From assembly GCA_040285855.1 (NCBI GenBank), contig JAUFOQ010000016.1, positions 1,426,001-1,490,000 of the forward strand: a DNA stretch of 64,000 nucleotides, read 5' to 3'. Each line of letters begins with the position of its first letter. Within the stretch, counting starts at the first letter, position 1. Made by a program: the position numbers and the translations under genes. Origin of the DNA: Eukaryota sp. GEM-RC1. Its lineage: Eukaryota. Below the pieces are notes generated by a model, which was not told the DNA's origin, made no database searches, and was given only the letters and a program-made list of their open reading frames with translations. Positions 12,519 through 24,080 of this stretch are shown one piece after another.

Positions 12519-12656
12519 ATTTTTTTAGTGTTGTTTTGATAAATTAATTTACCACGGAATTCAGAAAATCAAGACTTGTACATTGTAGGCAGATTGGTGG
12601 TGTATTTGGTTAATTTCTCAGAGAGTTCAACTCTCAGAGTTGATTTCTCTTGCTCA

Positions 12657-14143
12657 ATGCGATGTGATCTCAATCTATTCGCCTCATCTAGCCTCTTTCT
12701 AGTGATCATAGTCTACATGGTTCTTGCTCCAGGAACAAAAGTAGAAGAATCATTCAACACCCAAGCGATGCATGATCTACTTTTCCTCAAGGACAATATC
12801 TCTGCCTATGATCACATTCAGTTTCCCTGGACCAGTTCCTCGTACTTTTCTTATGCCTTTGATTCTTTCCTCCTTTTCTCAATCATGTACATCTCTATTT
12901 AACCGATTACACATACCACAAATCTATCACATCTTTATTCCTCGATTTTTCTTAGGTACAATTGTGTTTTTGTCATTAACTAGCATCTCCAAGAAAATTC
13001 GCATTCTTAGTGGATCATTGGCTTCAACTCTTTTTCTCTTTATATGTAGTTCCCAGTTTCATCTCCCCTTCTATGCCACCAGACTCCTACCTAATACATT
13101 TGCTCTGGTTTTTACTAATTTTGCAGTTTCCTTTCTTTTAAACAACAAACTTGCCACGGCTTTCTCTTTACTCGGATCAGCATCTCTGATTCTTCGATCT
13201 GAGTTACTGGCATTTACTGGTCCATTATTCCTTATTTACGTAATTATTCCACAACCCTTTTCTCGTACAATCAGAATTGCTACAATCGCTGGAATAGTTT
13301 CAATCTGTTCAGTTCTACTATCAATCATTGTTGATTCCCAACTGTGGGGGAATATCCACTACGACGGATCTCTAAAGCTCCTTGTTTGGCCTGAAGCCCT
13401 TGTTTTCTTCTTCAACGTAGTTCAAGGAAACTCAGTCCAGTGGGGAACTTCTCCCTTCCACTGGTTCTTCACCAGCGCTCTTCCCAGATCCTTGGGAATT
13501 TGGATAGTTGCTTTGAGTTTGGTTGTTGTTTACTGGAGACAAGTTTTACCCTACTACAAACTTGTATTTAGTTCATTGTTGTTTGTTTTTATCTATTCTT
13601 TTAATCAGCATAAGGAGTTGCGGTTTGTTTTGTATGTAGTACCAGTACTGAATCTCTTATTCGCCTGTCTAATTCAGGAATTCATCCGTAGTCAATGCTC
13701 ACCACGAATCAAACAACTCAAAATCATCATGGTTTCATTACTTGTCATAATGTCCTTTCTTGTCTCCTTTATCTTTCTATTTGTTTCCAATGAACAACTA
13801 CCCAGGGTTTGAAGCAGCCAAGTTTCTTCAAGGATTAAACCCCAAACCTTCATCAGTTCATGTCTGTAATCTAGCCACTCAAACTGGCATTTCTAGGTGG
13901 AATTGTGATTATAATATTTGTAACAAAACAGATATCGATGTTATTAACGACGATCTCAACACATTCTTTGCTCAGTTCGATATTCTAATTGAAGAACTGA
14001 ACCCTAGTGATATGTACAACAAAACCCAACACTTCAAGTGTATCCATACAATCTCCTCATTTGATCACATTGTCAGATCAAACAAGTTCCCTTTCATTGA
14101 AATACACTACAAGCCAACCTTGTACGTCTATCAAAAGACATGA
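12657..14143 (+). CDS. ALG12: Dol-P-Man alpha-1,6-mannosyltransferase (GT22), two apparent frameshifts
   Basis: [67 protein letters not shown] and NYPG motifs. Confidence 0.9.
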
Positions 14144-14151
14144 TCACGTGA

Positions 14152-14883
14152 TCAACATGGAGGTTTTAGTGTTATGTGAATTCCATTGTCCTTCTCTGTT
14201 TCTGTAATAACATCTGAAATACAGTCCCAAATGAAGTTTCTTGTCTTTAAAGCACAAAGATTTTCCAACATAAATGAATGTAACTGGTCATCAAACACTT
14301 GACATCCAGTAGAAGGAGGTTCAGTCAGACTATTGAGATAAGCCTGGATCGCTCGTTCTAAGAATGCTATACAAAAGACACCACAATCGTTACCATTTAG
14401 TTGTTGCGTACATTCAACTTCTTCAATCTCTGGAGATTTTAACCCTAGGATAATAGATAATCGTGTAGCTACATCATACGCCTCATCGGAGTTGTGGGTA
14501 GCTAATGAGTCAATGTGGTAAAAGGTTTGAGATGGGGCATAGTAGAATAAAGCAGACCAATGGGTCCCCCCTTCAATTCTAGAGGTCTCTGTGATATCAA
14601 TGTCGTTGAGGGCAAAGAGAATCAACTCTGCTTCTGATAGTTTGCACCCATTTGAAACTTCTTTGGCATCATCAATCGAACCCAGACGAAAAAGGACTAA
14701 TGATGAAGGCTGGACAAAAGAAACTCTGGAGTGATTGAGAGAATCTAGTTTGTGTAGTTTCCTTAGGTGGAGCATCATGAAAGAGATGATACTGTCATTC
14801 AGCCATTTACCTGGACTGATGAGATTTATGTCTGATTGATAAACAGTTAACCCCCGATAATGCAAAGTGGTTGATGATGCCAT
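14152..14883 (-). CDS. SENP8: NEDD8-specific protease (peptidase C48)
   Basis: WLNDSIISF, GGTHWSAL, HIDS and QLNGNDCGVF; small size typical of NEDP1. Confidence 0.85.
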   Translation of the reverse strand: MASSTTLHYRGLTVYQSDINLISPGKWLNDSIISFMMLHLRKLHKLDSLNHSRVSFVQPSSLVLFRLGSIDDAKEVSNGCKLSEAELILFALNDIDITETSRIEGGTHWSALFYYAPSQTFYHIDSLATHNSDEAYDVATRLSIILGLKSPEIEEVECTQQLNGNDCGVFCIAFLERAIQAYLNSLTEPPSTGCQVFDDQLHSFMLENLCALKTRNFIWDCISDVITETEKDNGIHITLKPPC

Positions 14884-14943
14884 ATCGTGGATTATGGTGG
14901 ATCGACAAAAATGTTAGAAACTTTTCTCCCCACTTAATCCATT

Positions 14944-15666
14944 ATGGTCAAACTTAAACATGTAACCGCTGCCATTAATCAACTTCAAAAATACGAAACT
15001 GAGAAGACCTCAACTGATCTCCTTGACAATACTTCTTCAGTAAACTTGGTGGTTGGATTGAATAACATCATACATCGCCGTCTACATCCCTATATTATGT
15101 GTGTTACAACACATGAACTCTCACTTCAGCCCTCTTCCTCATTCTTTCCGTACCCAGTCTCGAGTTTGCCTTTTCTGTAAGGACACTGCCGAATATCAAG
15201 ACTTTTATAAAGGTTTAGACCCCCGTATCGAAAAAGTTCTCCCAATCTCTGAAGTACGCTCCATGTACAAAACCTATGAACAGCGTCGTGCTCTTCAAAG
15301 TGAATATGACCGATTCCTCTGCGATGAAAGCGTTTTTGGTGTTCTAACAAAGCTTCTTGGTAAGACCTTTTTAAGAACAAACGCATGGCCATTGCTGTTA
15401 GACTATCACCAACGGATGAGGAGGGATCTCGCCAAATCATCCAAAGAGCCATTGATGGAACCGATCTATACTTTGGAGGTGGACCCTGCATTACTCTCAA
15501 AGTTGGTTCTGTCTCAATGAAGGACAAACAACTGAAACAAAATGTTACAGCTGCTTTGACTTTCTTTGTTGAAAAGTTTGGCGGTGAAGTCATTCAAAGG
15601 ATTTGCTTGAAAACAGTTAATAGTCCGTCTCTTCCTCTGTATTCTTGTGCAGTTGATGAGAGTTAG
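14944..15666 (+). CDS. RSL1D1: Ribosomal L1 domain-containing nucleolar protein (RSL1D1/Utp30-like), intron 15099-15129 and one frameshift
   Basis: IPLPH, VCLFCKD, YKTYEQRRAL..YDRFLCD, LLGKTF and LKTVNSPSLP motifs. Confidence 0.8.
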
Positions 15667-15748
15667 TATTTTAGTCTTTTTTCCAATTATTTAACCGATA
15701 TATAGTCTTCATAAAAATTTATCAACATCTAATAAAGGTACAAATAAC

Positions 15749-16476
15749 TTAGAGTTCCGAATATCCACTGCGTCCTCTAACCTTGTCAACAAGAGAACGG
15801 ACTCCGGACATGAACTTGGAGGGGAAGTCTCTCCAAAAATCAATATTAGGAACAAGTTCAATACCAGTCATACCTGAAATTAGTAAGAGAAAGTGACGAT
15901 ACCCATTACAACACCCTTATAGGTCATACCAATGCCTATGTAACAACCAATAGAGACGACTAACAGAACAAGTAAGGTGGTGAAGACACCGCGCTCCTTG
16001 CAGATCCAGGGTTCATTGAGTAGGTAAACAAAGTCCCATCTGGTGGGTTCGTCAGGAAGGCATTGCTCAAGGGGAAAATCGTCTCCGGCAATGACTTTGA
16101 CCTGGCCCTTACTCAAAGACTTATCACAACGGAAGGTCAGAACAGTAGATTGTTCGTCCTTCATCACAGTTCCGGACCAGCATCTATCTCCACCGGTAAT
16201 ATACATCTTGGCCTCCTTCTTGTCGACAATGAAACGATCTTCTGTCTTGCCAACAGATTCAATATAATGTGTTGCACCGAAACGCATGCAAACTCGTCCT
16301 TGGCAATCTGCCCAAGTAGAGGGATGTTCATTATCACCACAAGGATCAATATAGACAGAGGCGTCGAAATTAGGAGACTGAATTTTCGTATCAATGGGAG
16401 CAAGAGAACAGATATCACTCTTAGAAACCGCTAGACAGCAAGCAACCAGAGAAAGGAATAGAAGTGAGAAGTGCAT
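15749..16476 (-). CDS. ATG27/cation-dependent mannose-6-phosphate receptor family type I membrane protein, intron 15874-15902
   Basis: Signal peptide, Cys-rich MRH-like ectodomain and a TM segment. The spliced tail reads G.ELVPNIDFWRDFP and ends in a YSEL (YxxL) sorting motif. Confidence 0.75.
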
Positions 16477-16532
16477 CTGATGAGGTACCAATTTTAAGTC
16501 ACCCAAAAATTCTCAAAGCATCTTCATCCGTC

Positions 16533-17087
16533 ATGTTCAAGAAATTCGATCCTTCTCAAGTCTCTACATCTAATATTCTTAAGTCTTCCCTGTGTAGGGC
16601 TATTCGTACAGCTATTGTAGAACAATTTCCCTCTTCTCAACCTCACATTGACCTGATTTGGCCTAAAAAGGCAGAAGTTGTTGTCGCCAAGTGTAGAACT
16701 GCTGAACGTAGTAATATCTTTTATGTCGATGGTTTTCCTGCATTCTTCAATTTCCGAGACACCAAAGATTCTCCTTATTTTCCCACTTTACGACTTGTTC
16801 ACCGATTCCCCACAATGCTTCCTAGAATGCAGGTTGATACTGGTGCTATTCGATTTGCCTTAAAAGGAGCAGACATGATGGCTCCGGGTCTGACGAGTCC
16901 TGGTGGAGCTATGGATGATGTGGAAAGAGACCAGGTTGTTGCAGTAACCGCTGAAGGAAAACAACATGCATTAGCTGTCGGATTAACCAAACAATCAACA
17001 GCTGAAATTGTTGAGTCCAGTTCTGGTGTTGCTGTTGAAGTGATGCATTACTTAGGTGATGGACTTTATGACATTGAGCACATTTAG
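16533..17087 (+). CDS. MCTS1: MCT-1/Tma20 PUA-domain translation reinitiation factor
   Basis: MFKKF, PTLRLVHRFP, QVDTGAIRF..GADMMAPGLTSPG, AEGKQHA and HYLGDGL motifs. Confidence 0.93.
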   Translation: MFKKFDPSQVSTSNILKSSLCRAIRTAIVEQFPSSQPHIDLIWPKKAEVVVAKCRTAERSNIFYVDGFPAFFNFRDTKDSPYFPTLRLVHRFPTMLPRMQVDTGAIRFALKGADMMAPGLTSPGGAMDDVERDQVVAVTAEGKQHALAVGLTKQSTAEIVESSSGVAVEVMHYLGDGLYDIEHI

Positions 17088-17268
17088 ATTCCCCTTTTTC
17101 TGTACATCACGCTTGATAGCCATACGTTGTGGATATGATTTACTGTTCATTCAGATGTTCCAAACGATACATCATGACATGATCGTATTAATTTGCTGTA
17201 ACAATTTATTCAGCAATTTAATAAACAAATATTGACAAACTAGAAAAACACTAAAAAACAGATATTGA

Positions 17269-17947
17269 TTATCGGTACTGGGAACCTGAGTAGTACATGG
17301 AATCAAAATGATTCATATTTCCATGGTAAACAGGGGCAGAAGTCATCGACGAAACATACTGAGGCTGTGATGACCCGTACATGGCATTTTGAGGAACATT
17401 TGGTTGAAAACGAATAGGACATTTTGCTTGGATTAGCATTACGAAAGAAAACAATACCTTTGGTATGACCAAGTTTCCCACAGATAGAACAGCTGTAAGA
17501 TCCTCGCTTTGACTTAGGCGTACTGTCATAAGTGGTACTAGCCAGTTTTCGTTGACGGCAAACAACATGTAGCAATTCACAGACATCAATAGGTAGGATG
17601 AGGAACTCCTTCAGACCTGGTTCCTTGTAAGCATAGACTGGTAGATCTTCAGTAATGGAGGAAATAACTTCATCTTCTGTTGCGGTGGTAGGCATCCGTA
17701 AAAGGCCCTTGATGTCAGAGAGCGTGAGGATCTCGCCATCAAAGATTCTGGCGGCAATAGAATGAAGGATTACACTGCGACAGTCAGATTTGTTGCGAAA
17801 GAAGTTACGGGCCTCTTCGACTGAGCGAAAGCGTTTAGAGCTAGAAGTCGCCCGAATGTCACCATATTTAGAAGTAAGATTCATCTTGACGAGGGGGGGA
17901 TACAAATAATTAAGACTTTTTTCAGCAATGTCAATTTCTCTACACAT
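17269..17947 (-). CDS. Hypothetical protein with C-terminal CCHC zinc knuckle, intron 17427-17457
   Basis: Splicing GTATTG...CTAATCCAAG completes CSICGKLGHTK|AKC; start could be a downstream Met. Confidence 0.6.
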
Positions 17948-17955
17948 GACTATTC

Positions 17956-20186
17956 ATGACACTTGCTAGCTTTCCTTATACTCCATATCCATCACAACAG
18001 CAGTTGATGGATGATCTTATTCGTTTTCTTGAAAATGGCGGAGTTGCCTTTATTGAGAGTCCCACTGGTATCTCGTTATAACTTTAATTGTAGGGACCGG
18101 AAAGACCCTTTCCTTATTGTGTTCTATTCTTTCTTGGTTGTCTGATCATTTAGATTCTGTTAGGGAGGATTTTCTCACCACTTCTTCTTTCTCTTCCACT
18201 CTACCAGCCTGGGTTATAACTCAAGCATCTCAATTTCAAAAATGAATCTTCTGCTATTCTATCTAAAGAAAATACCAGAATGGAAAATTACTTCAAATCA
18301 CTGCAAACCATCTTAAAACCATCAGTCCCCAAACCTTCTCTCTCTTTCCTCTCTCCTTCTACTGAGACTCTTTCCTCTGATGATGAACTCTGTCCCAGTG
18401 ACGATGACGATTCTCCAGTTTCCACTGATCTCGAAGACTCATCTGTTTACCTTAAACACCCTTTGATATTCCTTACACGAACTCATTCTCAACTACAGCA
18501 GGTCATTTCTGAATTTAAACAAACTTCCTTATCTTCTCTCTTTCGTTCTTCTGTTCTTGGTTCTAGAAAGCACTTCTGCAATGTTCCGTCCGTTGTTTCT
18601 TCTGCTGATCCTTCCGATGCATGTAAACGTCTTCGGAAGAAAAGCCAATGTCAATTTTACTCCAAGACTAAAGTCAGTGCTATCTGTAGTAAAGTTCTAA
18701 CCTCTCACAATGACATTGAAGATCTCGTTTCCTTTTCTAAATCCCACCAACTCTGCCCCTACTTTGGTACTCGACAGTCCTCTTTGTCTGCCCACGTCAT
18801 TTTTGCAACCTATAACACTCTATTCACTGATTCTGAGCTTCTTTCCTTAGAGGGTGCAATCCTTGTTGTTGATGAGGGTCATAATTTAGTTGGAGTTGCT
18901 GAGGAGTTCTTATCTTGTACTTTGGATCACGTAGTGATTGCAGCCTGCCGTAATCAGGTTGAGCCCTACTTGTCCAGGTATTCTTCAAGATTAGGGGTTA
19001 AAAACCTTCGTAACACTCGTCTTTTATTACGTTTGATCACTGCTTTACAGGATCTGATGGCTAAACAAAGTGAAAACGAGGTTTTCCTAACAACAGAGAA
19101 GTTTCTTGAGTTGATGGATTCAGATAATGTTAATTTTCTTTCTCTCCATCATTGGTCTAAGTCCACGAGACTCCCCCAGAAGCTTTCTGGGTTTACTGAA
19201 TCAGATTCTGTTAATGGCATGTTTGCTTTACAGTCTTTTCTACTGTCAATCTCTCAACCAAACGAAATGCTTAGAATCATTATTTCTAAAACTAGAATCA
19301 AAATCATTGCTGTTGATACTTCCTTTTTGTTCTCCCCCATCCTCTCAAAGATTCACTCTTTGATCCTTGCCTCAGGTACTCTCTTTCCTTCTTTCGACAT
19401 TGAGAAGGGATTGTTCACTGAGAGAAGTTCTGTTAGTGGTATTCAAAAGTTGTGGTACCCTCATGTTATTCCGAGTAGTCACTTTTCATCAGTTATTTCT
19501 CCCCGAGGTCCTGGTGGGACGTCCATGAGATTTAACTTCTCATCTAGAAGTAATTTTGATTTGTTAGATGATTTTTCATCGCTTCTAGTGAATTATTTTT
19601 CAGTTTTAAATGGGGGTTGGTTGTGTTTTTCCCATCCAAAAAATCAATGATCTCTTTTGTTGACCGGTTCAAAACACTTTCCTTTTTCGAAAGAGTCCGA
19701 TCTCAACTGTTCATTGAGCCTTCGGATGCTTCACAATTCAATTCCTTCTTCTCTAACTATCAAACTTCCATCAGAAATACCTCTAAAGGAATGCTGTTTG
19801 CGGTTCTTAATGGTAAACTATCAGAAGGAATTAATCTTTCTGGTGACTTATGTCGACTCTGTGTGATTGCTGGGATTCCGCTACCTAATGCTAATAATGC
19901 TGAGGTAATTGCCAAGACTGAACTCCTTAAACAGCGATTCACAGAAGAGTTTGCGAATGAATTCTGGGTTTCACTTGCAATGAGAGCGGTGAATCAAGCT
20001 GTTGGACGCATAATTCGAAATTCTAAGGATTTTGGAGTTGCCCTCCTTGCTGATGAAAGATTTGCTGATGACCGGTTCTGTAGTAAACTGTCTGAGTGGA
20101 TTAGAAGATCTGTTGTTAAGGTTAATGATTTTGGAGAGGGTTTTGTTAGCATACTTAAGTTTTTGAAGCAGTTTGAATCGGGCTAG
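17956..20186 (+). CDS. DDX11: XPD-family Fe-S DNA helicase (Chl1/DDX11-like), intron 18068-18093 and two frameshifts
   Basis: FPYTPY.SQ, ESPTG|TGKT, TRTHSQLQQ, LGSR..FC, CPYF, VDEGHNL, ASGT, GKLSEGIN and AVNQAVGRIIR motifs. Confidence 0.85.
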
Positions 20187-20407
20187 ATTGAACTACTTAT
20201 CAGATTTAGATTTTTTTGTTTATCGTCTAGGTTGTAAATAGCATGTTCTGTTCATTGTTTTGTTTTACAAGTATATTATTGTACTGTTAGTTGTTGTTTG
20301 CAATTTAGACCGCAGATTAGGTCCAATTTTGATCGAATTTATAAGACAATAGTAAGAATCGTAATCGATCATGGTGATACATAATAGAGGAGAGTTGGAT
20401 TCAGAAG

Positions 20408-20861
20408 CAGTGTTTGAAAACCACCCGGGTGGAAATGAAAACCACCCGGGTGGCATCTGGGTGGTACTGGGTGGATAATTTTGGTCTTACCATCATCTTC
20501 AATCCATGACTTCCTGAATACATACTTCGTTGTTCAACGTGTCCTGAATACAATTATTTTAACGGGAGTCATTTCTAGGCTCGGAGAGGCTAATATCATC
20601 TTATTTATCTATATTTCAGAGGGTTGTTTTAATCCCAAACCTGTACAAAGTTCTTCATTGTTAGTTATTTTATATCACACACTGCTAAAGTACTTTAAGT
20701 TTCATCGTATATGGTGTAAAAAGTAGTTTTTGCACCAAAACTTATGTCTCGTTCTTTAATGCCACCCGGTGACCACCCGGGTGGAAATGAAAACCACCCG
20801 GACGCCACCCGGTGCCACCCACCACCCGGGTGGCGTCCGGGTGGAAAATTTTCGAACACTG
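20408..20861. mobile_element. Non-autonomous hAT-type MITE
   Basis: TIRs CAGTGTTYGAAAA; perfect 8-bp TSD TTCAGAAG (20400-20407, 20862-20869); subterminal CCACCCGG repeats at both ends. Confidence 0.9.
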
Positions 20862-20964
20862 TTCAGAAGTGTGGTAAAGACATAAATACTTCAACACGTG
20901 CTGTAAGTGAAATTGCTTTGTCTTTTTCTCAACAGTATGCATTGTCACTATCTTATCCAAGAAA

Positions 20965-21590
20965 ATGGGTCGCCGTCCTGCTCGTTGTTATCGCTATTGC
21001 AAGAACAAGCCATATCCTAAGTCCCGTTTCTGTCGTGGTGTACCCGATACCAGAATCAGAGCTTTTGATGTAGGTAACAAAAGGCCCCTGTTGATCTTTT
21101 CCCCGCTTGTGCTCATCTTCTTTCCATGGAAAGAGAACAAGTTTCAGATTGTGCTTTGGAAGCAGCTCGTATTGCTGCCAACAAGTACATGTTCAAGTCT
21201 GTTGGTAAGGAAGGTTTCCATCTCAGAATCCGTGCTCATCCCTTCCATGTTCTGCGTATTAACAAAATGCTTTCATGTGCTGGAGCCGATAGACTTCAAA
21301 CCGGTATGCGTCATGCTTTTGGTAAACCATACGGAACCACTGCTCGTGTTAAAATCGAACAGCCACTCATGTCTCTCAGAGCTCGTGAAAATGCCACATC
21401 AAAAATGGTTGAAGCTTTACGAAGAGCCAAATATAAGTTCCCTGGTCGTCAGAAGATCGTTGTTTCACACAAGTGGGGTTTCACCAAATATCCCAAGGAT
21501 GAGTACATTCGATTAAGACGTGAAGGATTAATTTTCCCTGATGGTGTCAATGTTCAAGCAATCAAAACCAAGGGTCCCATCAAAGCTTAA
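20965..21590 (+). CDS. RPL10: 60S ribosomal protein L10 (uL16), one apparent missing A near 21080
   Basis: [55 protein letters not shown]. Confidence 0.97.
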
Positions 21591-21994
21591 GTATTTACGA
21601 TTCATTGGATAGCCACATAAACATAGTTCTTGTTCAGAAAATTTAAATGTACCTTTTATTTGGAATGGTAACAGAACTGGCAATTGAATTGGTGTTTGAT
21701 TGATTGTTGAAGAAAGTATTGCACCACACATTTTGTACAGATAAAAAAATTGGGTGTGCTGATTCAGGCAACTCGTTATGCATCGGCTGAGATGCTATTG
21801 ATATCTGATTATAACGTTCAGTACATTAAAAACTAGAAACCACAATGCAAGGTACCAGTACTCAACACAATGAGACAGATATCTTTCTCCAGTTTACTCT
21901 ACTTGTCAGATCTCTACAAAATCATAGAATCCATGCTATTTTGAGCAAAAATCGGTTTTCTAAAAGTAGGCAGATTCGGTTGCGTATCTATAAA

Positions 21995-22876
21995 GGGAAA
22001 TCGACCTAAATGCCAATTCTGACAACATTGAACTTCACAAATATCACTTTTTCATTTAATGCATACTTCTAACTTAACTTCTACTTTTAATGATAACACA
22101 TCCAACACAATCACCTTTAATGAGGGTGGCATGTATGCTTCTATCCAAATTCTGCGAAATACTGTGCAACTTTATTAAACACAGAGTAGACGACCACTGA
22201 TATGAATGAGAAGTGATACGAACCATCTCACACTGTGATGCAGGCGTCTTGGATGCTTATTTGGTTTATGTGCATCAATAAGGTCTCCCTCTGAACTTAA
22301 TGTTGTGAGACAATACACAGATCATACATGTACTGGTGATCTTGCAAGCTGTGAAACTGCCTGTTAGTTTACGTCACAATTTTGAATGTGTAATAGCTGA
22401 AGTTGATAGTGAAAGTGATGTTCACTTAGTAAGTATTGATGAACGACAATGTTCATGCCTGGAATGGCAAAGAACCGGATATTCATGTGCACATGCACTT
22501 GCCGCATATCACAAATGCCAAATTACAAAAGGCCAATGACTTGTGGTTAACATCTGACGCTGTGAAGGCATCGTTTTCTGTCTCCGATGAGAGTGAAGAT
22601 ACTGATTGGTGTCCAGAAGATGTATTTCTCTCTTCAGAAGATAGCACTGATATTGATATGTAGATACTGACATGTAGATGATCAATATAAAAAAGTCTTC
22701 AATGATACTTTATTCATTTGCAGATCATACAAGAAGAATGCCATGAAGGTCAAGTAGAACACCAGAGAACAAGTTAAAGCGAAGAAACAGAAAGTGATAT
22801 TTATGAAGTGTTGTGTTGGAAAAGTGATATTTGTGAAGTTCAATGTTGTGAGAATTGGCATTTTGGTCGAAGCCCC
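21995..22876 (+). mobile_element. Internally deleted Mutator-like element (MULE)
   Basis: About 55-bp imperfect TIRs starting GGG; perfect 9-bp TSD ATCTATAAA (21986-21994, 22877-22885); internal SWIM finger CSCLEWQRTGYSCAHALA. Confidence 0.88.
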
Positions 22877-22984
22877 ATCTATAAACTAACCTCGACTAGT
22901 AAATATGGGAAATATAGTGTATAAAATAGTAAAAAAATAATCGAAATCAAGATCATGTGCTAGCAGTTCTTGACCAATTCAAAC

Positions 22985-23962
22985 CATAGTTGCAAAATAC
23001 AAAATACAGTATTTTTTTTGTATTCTGTATTTTTTCTGTATTATGTATTGTATTTTTTCTGCAAAAGTGTATTTGTATTTGTATTTTTTGTATTTTTTCC
23101 CTGCCCTAAAATCCCTTTAGTTGATGACAATGACTGAAGTAAATGAGGAAAACACTCAAAAGCGGATCGTTCCGATCAATTATACCATTGTATGGTACAA
23201 TTGGGTCATGTATTATTTTTCAAACTTGCAGAAATACCTGTACAATTGTCTGCTGAATTTTCTAAACGTTCCAGTACAGTACGTCAACGGCGTATGCTAG
23301 ATGACTAAAAAGTGAAACACCGATCAAAGTCAAGTAACAAAAATTTAGAAACGCTTAATAATGTTCGTCCCCAAGAATTGAAAAACACCAAATGATGTAA
23401 AGTTGTGCAATCTACAGTAGCTTCACTACTGTCAGTCAGTGATGCAGATTCAAAACCCTGATGAGACGAGCTACACGACACTCAGTTTGATCCTGTTTTG
23501 AAGATGTACGTGTGGTCTTTGGGGACTATGATTTCGAGTTTAAACATATTTACCTACAAGCGGTATATTAAGACGATTTACAACAAATGTACGGGACAAA
23601 AAGTGTCCAACGTCACATTGTATAACTGTATATCTCCACGTCAGTTCTTTAAACGTGGACTAAATGAACATTTGAACCGTCGGTGCATTTTAGAATCGAA
23701 AGAACAATTGGGGTAATTAATGAAAAGAAGTCTAAGACTGTATACTGAAGAGTTGAACCATGATAACCCTGAAGATCAATCACGTTTGCAGTGGTTGGAC
23801 TCAATACAGTTAGTTAAATACTTGCGATATACAAGACAAAAATACACTTAATACAGTATTCTGTATTGTATTTGTATTCTGTATCTGTATTGTATTTTTG
23901 TATTCTGTATTTTTTGTATTCTGTATTGTATTATTTTTTTGTCCGTGTATTTTGCAACTATG
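22985..23962. mobile_element. Non-autonomous hAT-type element
   Basis: Perfect 16-bp TIR CATAGTTGCAAAATAC; perfect 8-bp TSD ATTCAAAC; subterminal GTATT/AATAC repeats. Confidence 0.9.
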
Positions 23963-24080
23963 ATTCAAACCATTAACACTCATCTTATCAAATGTACATA
24001 GTAAGGTAGCCACTTCAATAAAAAAAAATGATTGAAAAAATCTCATTTCTTTGGGTCAAAATTCCTGTTCATCTGACCTG

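Noticed and set aside
20265..21073. ORFs 20265-20456 and 20744-21073 with PPGW/HPGG repeats
   Set aside because: They are translations of the MITE's CCACCCGG subterminal repeats.
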